DNA of 64,000 bases from Spironucleus salmonicida (lineage: Eukaryota), in contig NC_090599.1 of assembly GCF_000497125.1 (NCBI RefSeq), positions 1,302,001 to 1,366,000 of the forward strand, given 5' to 3'. Of this stretch, positions 53,777 through 64,000 are shown piece after piece. The first letter of the stretch is position 1. Every line of letters starts with the position of its first letter. Under the pieces are notes generated by a model. That model was given only the letters and a program-made list of their open reading frames with translations, did no database searches and was not told the DNA's origin. The position numbers and the translations under genes are program-made.

Positions 53777-54466
53777 ATGAGGTCAAAAAGTATGACTTAT
53801 ATTTAAATCTTTGCACCAGAAAATAAATTAATAAATAATATTAATAAAGACAAGCATATTTCATCAAAATATCAAATATGCACAAAAAATAAATTTGTAC
53901 GAAGGATTAATTAATCGATATTTTAAGAATCTATATTTAACGAAGATCCTCACTATATAAGGCCAGATATTATAAAATTAAATTTTTTGCATAATGATCA
54001 TATTAATATTTAAACACAAAAATAAAAAGATATAGAAGGTTGCTTTTTTGATGATAATAATACAATTACAAAAGCTATGCTAGATTATCAATATTAGTAA
54101 AAACCAACAATCAGATACAATTGGTAATCATATGAATTAGATAGTTAAGAATTATAAAAGTAAAATGTTTCAAAAGTAAATAAATTATTTTTAAACTATA
54201 AAGTAGCAAAGTCTTTATATCACCCTAATAGTTTTATTACATAAGCGTAATCTAAAAATATATCATTTATTAACTAGATTGTTCCTTTTTCACGCAATTA
54301 AGCAAGTAAACGCGAAGTAGATATTGGTAATGATAAATCTTCTATTTTTAATTAGCAGATTCGGGGAGCTACTATTCCTCCAACTAGATTTATTAATTCA
54401 ATAGTTAATGAAAAGGACCACATAACTCTAATACGAAAATGGAAGGATAAAGACTCATTCATTTGA
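53777..54466 (+). CDS. Hypothetical protein (~229 aa)
   Basis: Open in code 6. Confidence 0.55.
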
Positions 54467-54470
54467 AAAT

Positions 54471-55358
54471 TCACTTTAAATTAATATTCGGTGTTATAAA
54501 TTTAAATTCAGGCATAACATCATAAATTGACGATTATAAAGTTATTGATCGTTTTGCAGAAGGTATAAATATTTTACCAATCGAACTATCAATAATTTTC
54601 CAATTTCTGATGATTTTTTGCTAAAAGGGTGTTGGATTAAAACAAGTTTGGATGGTTGCTGAAATTTAATTATATGCATTTATATGTTATATCATTTTAT
54701 CTATTAATACTTGTTTATTAGTTCCGAATTCAGCATTTAGTATTATTTTATATTCCATTGGTTTTATAAAATTTTTCTAGATATTATCAATATAAGTTTA
54801 TGAATTTTATAATATCGAATTAGATAATTATGATGGTTTAATGATTTATGTCTTAATATCGATTTCTTCAAGATAAAGCTAGTATGATTATGCCAAATTA
54901 TCTAAATTCGTACATTTACATTCATAGATTTCATCATCTTTAATAATGCTTTCGGGAGTTGCAGCAATCGAACGTTTTTTTCGTGGTTAATATTTTTAAA
55001 ACTACTAACAGCTATCAGTGTTAAAATCTATAATATCTAGATCTTTTATAAGCGAATCTTAAACTACTGTAGTAATACTATTATCGCTATCTAATTTAAC
55101 AAAATCTGTTAAAGAAATAGCACGTTCACTTTTAACTAGCCATTCAACAGTATCTCCATCTGATTCTGATTCAAAATATGACTTACATGCATCTAAATTT
55201 CCAGCAATATTTCTGGTACGAAGTTTATTACCTTATGTTAAAGGTCGACTCTTAGTAATTTAATTTGAACTTAATGTTTAATGCCTTTTTATATTATTAG
55301 GCAATTTATTAATAAAAGCTGACTATGGTTTTATTTTATTCGTCTGAATATGTTACAT
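54471..55358 (-). CDS. Hypothetical low-complexity protein (~295 aa)
   Basis: MQHIQTNK...TPNINLK*; ends AAG-TGA. Confidence 0.6.
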
Positions 55359-55676
55359 TTATCTTAAGAATAAATTTACATATATTTTAATATAATCATA
55401 AAAATAAACTATTTCTTTTTAAAAATTTTTATGCCAAAATAAATTTTATAGTCTGGTTATAATTAGATTATTTATGATTATAGTGACTTTATTGTTATTA
55501 TTGGTTAATGTATTTGTTAGTACAAGATATCTATATATTTCAAAAACATTTAATATGAAACCTATGGTATTTTATATATAATTATAAACATATACATGTT
55601 GCAATTAAACTAGAAGGAACTTGTTAACATTTGGTATCGCTATTATAATATTACTAATTATTGTATTCTAAAAAGA

Positions 55677-56285
55677 ATGAGTGAATTGCCACAGTTAACA
55701 AATTAAAAAATGGTATAACTTTTCAATTCTAGATACGATTAAATAAAAAAATAAGAATAAAAAAGAGAATAAGTAACACTTTATTAAGGAAAAATAGTAA
55801 ACCCAATTTTTCATTCAGTTGAAGTAAAGAATGGCGTGAAACGATCTGTCTCCGCGAGATTTTTAGACGATTTAGATGATTTTTTAGTCAAATAGTAAAT
55901 GCTAGATATAGAAGATAAATCAGCCCCTCAAAAAAGATTATTAATATCCCGAGATAAATATAAAACTGGAACGAGTTTAGACGAATAAATTGAATAGATG
56001 CGTTAATCACATGTTGTTGAGTTTGTTCGAAAAGGAGATGGGTTTAACCATAATACTGAACAAATCAAATAAATGTAACTATCAAAGAAAAAACGATAAT
56101 TATAAGTTAAATATTTAGATTTATCTATTACTGGAAACCAAAAATAGACTATTTCAAGTACAAACTATTTAGAAACATCATAGAAATGGTCAAAATCATC
56201 ATCATTAAATATACGATCTAGTATGACCAATTTACATCCAACTCCAAAGCCAACTGGTTAAAGTTCAAGTGATTTTAGACTTTGA
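55677..56285 (+). CDS. Hypothetical protein (~202 aa)
   Basis: Open in code 6; alternative start at 55596. Confidence 0.6.
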
Positions 56286-56370
56286 CAACATGTTAATACT
56301 TATTTTTAATATCTAAGTTTATATTTTTTATTATTCTTATATCTTATTTGTCTAAATATAAATCTCAAAA

Positions 56371-58116
56371 ATGTCTGATAATTTTTAAGTACTATTACGA
56401 GTAAGACCTATGATCTAGAGGGAATAAAATAATAATGATGCAATATGTATATCTATTAATGATACATAAATTTCACTTAAAGAGACAACCGGTAACTAAC
56501 TTTTCGATGAGTTTTCTTAGCTTTATTAGTTCAATTTTGATAAAATCTTTGATTCAACTTCAGAAAATGAGGATATATTTGATTAGGTTTAACCTCTTTT
56601 GACATCTTTTTTAGAAGGATATAATGCTACAATTATGTGCTATGGGCTTACGTCGTCTGGTAAAACTTATACTATGCTTGGTATACTTCCTCAGTGCATT
56701 TCTTATATACTTAATAATACAGATTCTGTGATCACTGTTTCATATGTCTAAATTTATAATGAGTAGCTTTAAGATCTTTTAGATGATCCATAAAAGGGAT
56801 TGAAAATACGAGAAACTCCAAAAAATGAAATTTATGTTGAAAATCTTTCTTAATACTTGGTTAAAACGCTTGAAGATGTGATCTAGCTTCTTGAAATTGG
56901 ACTTTAAAATAGGAAAACTGCAGCCACTGTTTTTAACGAGATATCATCGCGTTCGCATACAATTTTGACTATAAATTTAGAAGGAAAAGAAACTAAGTCA
57001 AAGATATAATTCGTTGATTTAGCAGGAAGCGAGAAAATCGTAAATTAAGATTAAAAATAATAAAGAGAAACATCAAATATTAACAAGTCATTAAATGCTC
57101 TTGGTAATGTCATTTTTGCACTTACAGAAAGTAAAAATTAACATGTACCGTATAGAGATTCTATTCTGACTAGAATATTATAAGATTCTATTGGTTCTAA
57201 TTGTTTGTCGTAATTAATTGTTTGCTTATCACCTGCATCTTCATGCTTTTATGAAACATTAAATAGTATTAGATTTGCTGAAAGAGCGAAAAAGATTAAG
57301 TAAAAAGCATAAAAGAATGTGATAGTTGATGATGAAGGTATAATTGGCAAATTAGAAAAGTAAATTTGCTAGCTAAAATAAGACCTCGAAATTTTATAGA
57401 GAAATTAAAGTAGCGATGTTAATAACATAATGCATAAAAATTAATTGTAATTTGATATTAATAATATTGAATATAAGTTAAAGAATGGGGGTAATTTGAC
57501 TTAAGAGAATATCATCGATGACATTAAACTGAAAGTTAATTAAAAATAAGCTTCAGTTGGTAGTGTTGCAAAATTTTAAAAAGTATTAGAGAGACAAACT
57601 GAGACATTAGTGCATCTTAGCAGTAGAATTTAAGATAGAAATTAATAAATATCTGGTCTTTAGATTGAAATATCAGCATTAGACCACTTAGAAAGATAAC
57701 TGGAGCACTAATTATGCGTATTAACTATGGCTGGTCAGTTTGTGTAAGGAGTTAATTTATAATAAAATATACCAGAAATCGAAGCAGGACTCAATGTTTA
57801 AGCTAGGTAGATTGCTGTATTTGAAAAAGAAATTCAGCTTGAAAATTAATACATATAAGAAATAGATAAATTGTTAAAAAATCCAACCTAAGTAAAAGAA
57901 ATTATACAACAAGAGGTGAAATCTGAAGATAATGGCATGTAACTAATTAAAAAATACTATAATGAATAAAAGGCATTAATTATTTTAATTAAAAATAAAT
58001 TTGCTGTTATGTTATCTAAAGTAGCTAATGGAGAATAATAATCATAGTAGCCGTTAATTTAATTATGTAAAAGTACCATATAAGCATTAGAAGGTACAAA
58101 AAATGATTATTAATGA
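56371..58116 (+). CDS. Kinesin motor protein (N-terminal motor, subfamily unassigned)
   Basis: [44 protein letters not shown]; coiled-coil tail. Confidence 0.92.
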
Positions 58117-58180
58117 TTTTAATGCCTTTCATACCTATATAATATTAAATATACTAGAATTGTTAAAATAATAATTCAAA

Positions 58181-58921
58181 ATGACGTCAATGATAAGAAT
58201 CAAATCTGAACTTAAGAATTTAATACTTAAACCAGAACCTTTCTTTAAAGTTTATTTTGACCCTTAAAATTTATATAATATACATTTCTCTGTTCTTGGC
58301 CCCATACAAACAGCATTTACCAAAGGAATTTATCATGGAGTTATATTTCTTCCTCGAGACTATCCATTCTCTGCTCCTGACATACAGTTTTATAATAATA
58401 ATGGTCGTTTTGAAGTAAAGAAGAATATTTGCACAAATTTTACTTCATTTCACTAAGAATTATGGTCTGCTACTTGGGGTATACGGCAGGTAATCATAGG
58501 TCTACGTTCTATGTTCGATGAAGAGACTCCTGGTGCTATTGGTTCAATAACAATATCTGAAGAGTAGAGAAAAATTTTTGCTGAGTAGTCAATAGATTAC
58601 ATTTGTGAGTGTTGTGGTAGTATCCATAAAGATTTAGAATTGAATGACATACAAAATGTACCTTAATACATTAAATAAAGTGAACAGCGGAAGCCTTTAT
58701 CCGATTAGTAAGAGTCTACATCTAATACTTCATAGTTTATTATTGAGAGATCAGATAGTATTCAGGAATACCTAGACGATAAATAAGAGGAACAAGAACT
58801 TCACCAAATTTTAGATGTTTCTTAAACGTTTGAAGTTGATGTAAATTTATAAAAGCCAAATAAGGCAGAAAAACTGTAAATAGCATAAGCCTTATATAAT
58901 TATATTTATTATAGAAAGTGA
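58181..58921 (+). CDS. Ubiquitin-conjugating enzyme E2, UBE2J/Ubc6-like
   Basis: GIYHG, DYPFSAP, NGRFEVKKNICTNFTSFHQELW, TPGAIGS. Confidence 0.88.
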
Positions 58922-58950
58922 TGTGATAACGTATTAAATAAATATATCAA

Positions 58951-60636
58951 TCACTCCAAAATAAACTTACTTAATATAATACCAAAATCTTTTTAGTCCA
59001 GTCTTTCTGAAAATTGCATAATCTTTTCTGAAACATCACTACTTTTATTTAAGCTTATAAGTGATTTTGCAATGATTTATTCAGAAAGCTATGCAAATAA
59101 TGCTATGCAATTTTCTAAGGACTTGTCTAAATAAGATTATCCATAACCACCCTTTCCTCGCAGCAAGCTGTGACATTAAGGAATAACAAACTTAAAATGA
59201 ATAATTGTTTGAAATACAAACTCAACGAACCTTTCAGTTTCATCAACCGCATGCACAATAATTCTTTATACTAATAAGTTTTATAGGAAATTTTATATTA
59301 TTTCTAAAAATAATTCTGGTTATTTTTAAATTATTTCACTTATTTCTTAACAATTTTATAAGCAAAAACTCTGATACTAGTCAATTTATATATTAAAATT
59401 ATTATCAAATATAGTATTGAAACACATCAAGTATTACGGTAATTATATTTATTCCGAGAAAATATAAGCAGTTCTGTGATATTTACCATTTTGGATATAT
59501 ATTTATAGATCGAATAATAAGGTTTAAATTCCTTTTAAAACAATTTTAAATTCATCATCATTGATACCTATAAAGTAACCTTGCATCCTCAAGAAGTTTT
59601 GATTTTTAAATAATAGTTCTTAACAATTGATTAATACTTAATAGTTATATTAAAAAAGACTATCAATTCTAGATTATTCTGTTAGCTTATCTAACATAAT
59701 GCTAATTTATTATCGTATTAAATTAAAATTAGCTAATATTGTTTAAATTTTAACGACGTGAAATTTTTATGTAATCTGAAATTTATTAGCAATTTAAGTT
59801 ATTTCTTAAATATTTTCAACAATATATGTAAATTTCTTAAAACATTTTATAAGATAGGATGATGCGGAAGATGGATCTATATAAAAATCAATTTTATCAA
59901 GATTAATTTTTAACAAATCAAAAATTTCGTCAATAAAGTTAAGATTAAAAGCTATTAAAATCATTTGCTGCTATATTGTAAAAGTTTAATCTTAATAAAT
60001 TTCTGCTTAATTTAACTGATTTAAAAGAATTATGTGTTAGTCTAAAAATTTATATTGTTAATTATATTATATAAAAATCGTTTCTACCGTTTCTTCCTTT
60101 ACACTAAAATCAATCTCTTCTGTGATAATTTTCTTAATAATTAATCTATTATCTTTAAATATTCGTAATAATGTGTTTTAAGTTTAGAAATTTAGTTAAG
60201 ATGTAATAGCTATATTATAAATAACATGAAGAAAAGCAGTAGCAGACATATATTTCTTCTCTTTTACTAGGTTATTAAAGAAATATTACAGCTAAATTTC
60301 ATTTTCAATATCCTCTAGATCTTACTATTAAACTTAACCAGTAGTATGTTAATCTTATAAATTTATATTAACATTTAGGGCATTTAAGCGTTTATAATCT
60401 TATTCAAAATTAACATAACTCTTTTAAATCTAAAATGCAATGTTTGATGCCTTAACATATTATTCTTGTATGTAAAGTTGTGAGGATTTCTTTAGTTATT
60501 TTTAAGAAACATCGTTTTTTTCTTATGAATTGGTTAAATATTAAAGCAAAGTATTTATAGATATTCCATCTTTCTTTAAGTTTTCTGTTATAAACTAAGC
60601 AACATTTAAATCTTCCTTTTCTAGTTAATTAAACAT
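58951..60636 (-). CDS. Hypothetical helical protein (~561 aa), weakly Vps53/CATCHR tether-like
   Basis: MFNQLEKEDLNVAQFITENL plus coiled coil; ends GAG-TGA; alternative start at 60705. Confidence 0.55.
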
Positions 60637-60705
60637 TTCCTAAAACAAGTAATTTTATTATTATATATTGAATTTAATAATATTAAAAGCTCTTACTTTC
60701 CACAT

Positions 60706-62649
60706 ATGTAGTTAGACTGCAAACTTATTGATTTTTCATCGTTTCCTGTATAAGGTAAACTTAGCATCGATATAGATAATATAATTTTTAGACCAAATAT
60801 TAATGATAATTAAGCCGCTGAAGTAAGCTTACATCGCTCTGATTTACGAGCAATTACGGTTGCAGATATTGGTTTTAGATCAGAAAAAGGCCCATATATT
60901 GAATACACTTTTTATATGAAAGATGTTTAACAGCTTTATTCATTTTGTGAGATATTAAAATCATAACAAGATTAGATTACTTAATATATTAATGAACATT
61001 ATCTTATTACTCCATAGGAGAGAGATATTGATGTTGCTGGATGGAATTGGGGTACTGTTAAAGTAAGTTAACATTCCCTGACATTGTAACCTGTTTTAGA
61101 AGAAGATGAAGAGGATATTGATTCGTTCAATGAAGAGAAAAATGAGCCATCATAAACAACTAATACGAAAATAGAAGATGATATTGATGATATTGAAGAT
61201 ATTGAAGTATTTCATGTGCCAATTAGCCAGATTGCCGAATTTTAGAGGCTTGATAAAAGAGACTTGATGGTTGAATTAATTCCTTCAAATGTGTAATAAG
61301 CAGTTTATGTAAAGTCACTTACGTTTTTACTAAAAGATGAATTTACTCGGAATAATATTTACAACCAACTATCATAATTCTCAGTGAATACTACTTCCTC
61401 TCGTATTCTTTTTCTTGAAGGAATATAAATCACTCAGCCAGCTGGTAAATATCTAATTGAATTTTAATCAAACTAATTTAAGCTTTTGTCTAGTAAAGAA
61501 TTTTTGAGAACTTCACGTGATGTAACTCGTCTTTATTTGCTAGAAAAACCTTCTAAAGACTATTAAAAACAGTTCTTTTTAATTATTTAATTGTCTTCTG
61601 GAAAAAGAATCGACGGCCATGATTTTTTGGCATTAGAAGTTTCTGATCGGAGAGAATCAAGAGAAGTTCATTTGGGTGAATTATAAGATAAGCTCGTTCC
61701 ACATTTATAAATTCCAGGTTTTTCAACATTCTTAAATGCACCATCATCAATGTATGGAGTGGATTCATTGTTAGAGGAGGCCGGAAGTGCTAGAAGGGCG
61801 AATGCAGTATAACTAAGAAGGGTACCTTAATTCATTATTGCTCTTAAAATGTTTTAATTTATTTGTGATCGTGCAACTACAATTTTTTCAGACTAAGCAA
61901 AAACTTCATTTTATTTATAGTAAAATATTTCAACAAACGATTGTTTATCCTTAGAAGATGAAAATAATGAACTTACATGTGCTGTTACATGCCGTTATAA
62001 ATAAAAATCATAGCGTGATATGTATGCGTATTTCCTTTCTAAAGCAATCATGTTATTGCCATAGGATATTCAACTTATAAATTATAATGAAATCCTTACT
62101 ATAACAATTGAAGCAGATACAAAAAATTCTCATGGCAATACGAAATTTGCTCGCATGATTTTTAAAATTAGAGGCGGCTCTGAGAGTATTGAGTTAAGTA
62201 AAGTTGAGACCGAAAAGGTAGAAATTATTATTAGTTTTATAAGAAGAAAGAATATTGCTAATCTGAAAATATATAATTAGTACAGAGAGGATGGTGGTAG
62301 AGTTGTAGGATAAAAAGAGCTCGATAATGATTAAGATGATGAAGAGGATAGTGATTTTAATGAAACAAAGAGCGATGATTCTGCTGCACATTATGAATAT
62401 AGTAGTGAGGGTGGTGATAGTGGTGACGAAGATAATTAAAAAACAGTTAAAGAAGTTGGTTAAGTTAAATAGAAACCAGAAAAGAAAGTTAGTAAAGATG
62501 CATTTATGTTGTAAATTGATGAAATCGATAATGTTAAGCCTGAAGATGCACTGGAAGACATAGGTAGACCTATGGAATGGGCAGGTAAAATTAATACTAA
62601 TCAAAATGATGGAAGCGACTATGGTTCTGCTGAAGAACCTAGTGATTGA
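60706..62649 (+). CDS. SSRP1: FACT complex subunit SSRP1/Pob3 (no HMG box)
   Basis: IDVAGWNWG, ITQPAGKY, VTRLYLLEKP, AVTCRYK; acidic C-terminal tail. Confidence 0.8.
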
Positions 62650-64000
62650 TCACATCCACTTTATCCTCTCAGCTTTTCTACGAACATCATACTACTTCTA
62701 CTATTATTGAGTTTATATTATATCCTAATTTTTAAGTTAAGATAATGAACGTATATTTTAAAGATTGTTTATAGTTTAGCATAAATTTTAGTCTAAAAAT
62801 TTATTTTAAGAAATTTCGTATATCTATGATTAAGATATCACTTGCTTATTAGAATTATCAGAGTTTTTAGAAGTTAATCTAGTAGATAAAATATTGATAA
62901 GATCATTAGCTGAAGTAATGTTTAAAATATAATTCTAAACTTCATTTACACCTTAAAGATTCCTTGGAATTTTATAACCTAATTTTTACTCTAAAAATAT
63001 TAACTATTAATTTGAATAAGTTTAATTTAAATTATTATTAACTGTATTTTATTTTATCGGAGATTAATTTCTTTTAGGGAAAATCTACTCTAGCTCTTCT
63101 AAAAGTAGCGATGCAGAGTTGGTTTCATCAAGTTATTATACTACCATCGACCCACCCCTTTGTGGTTACATTTATAAATAATAACCCTCCAAATCATCTA
63201 AATTTCGCTGCACTGTCGATTCATAAATTTCTACCTGTTTAAACTCTAATTATTAAGGATTTTGTCTATTAAATTCTTTATTTGGTGGAAATAGTTATGG
63301 AGTCAATTTATTCTCTAATCTATGAATATTTTAATAAAAATATGAATAAAAAACCTGATATCCTTTGAATTTATCATAAAACCCAGACATATCATCCAAA
63401 ATTACTTTTTAATGAACGAAATCTTGTTTTATTGGCCCAATAAGATTATTAATTTCTGTATTAACCTGATAAAGTTGTTACGATTCATCTATTTACTTAA
63501 TTTTACATACTGATTAGTAAAAATAAAAATCTGTTGCTAAAAAACTACTAATATTTATTAAATTAGGATCGTATTAAGTGAGATTTTCAACTTCTACCAA
63601 TAAATTATTACTATTGATTTATACCGTAATTGAATCCTACATTTATTAAAGAGAAAAAATTGATGCCTTAACCTACAAAATAGAAAAAACTAATTCAAAT
63701 TTATTATTTTATCTGATAAGCTGTTGGTTATTATATAATTTTTGCTTGACAGCTTATTATTAAAAAATAAAAATTAATTAATTTTTATCAAAACATTATA
63801 CTGCAGTTTCAACTAGTATAAACTTAGACAGTTTCTATAGATAATTTTTAACAATTTTTATATCATTTCCATCTAAATAACGCTAAATATCTAACTAATT
63901 TTCTTTAATAAATTATAACAATTCTAAAAAATCATCTAAGGTATCATCTCTTACTTTATTGTATAAACTACAAAATAGAGAAATCTCTTTAGCTATAGAA
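62650..64000 (-). CDS. Hypothetical protein, 3' part only (start lies beyond the window)
   Basis: Code-6 frame ending ...RRKAERIKWM* at 62650. Confidence 0.65.

Noticed and set aside
1-64000. Mass pseudogenisation suggested by frequent TAA/TAG
   Set aside because: These codons sit at conserved Gln positions in intact essential genes, which indicates code reassignment.
1-64000. CRISPR arrays, rRNA, transposons, tandem repeats
   Set aside because: None seen on reading the sequence.

Overview
This is eukaryotic, AT-rich, very gene-dense DNA with no introns that I could detect. It uses the alternative code TAA/TAG = Gln with TGA as the only stop (translation table 6), so the supplied standard-code ORF track is fragmented and often shows the wrong strand. 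Re-translated by hand, the window holds about 45 protein genes separated by 0-100s of bp. The code, the lack of introns and stop codons embedded in AGTGA point to a hexamitid diplomonad, probably Spironucleus (inference). Recognisable products: kinesin-5, a second kinesin, CFAP57-like WD40 protein, condensin subunit H, POC5, CPSF160-like, beta-CASP-type metallo-beta-lactamase, DTD1, DEAH helicase, GNL1, UBE2J-like E2, SSRP1/Pob3, Myb, GNAT, CLN3-like transporter and an OST3/OSTC-like protein. Most notable: (1) a PARN/CAF1 deadenylase gene split by an in-frame TGA in a UGA-CGG readthrough-type context; (2) an apparently catalytically dead bacterial-type RNase HI; (3) a degenerate poxvirus-VP39-family cap methyltransferase close to CPSF160; (4) a CDCA3/Tome-1-like protein; (5) GC-rich patches that ignore gene boundaries. 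Product calls come from remembered motifs, not database searches, and the longest ORFs were spot-checked rather than read codon by codon.
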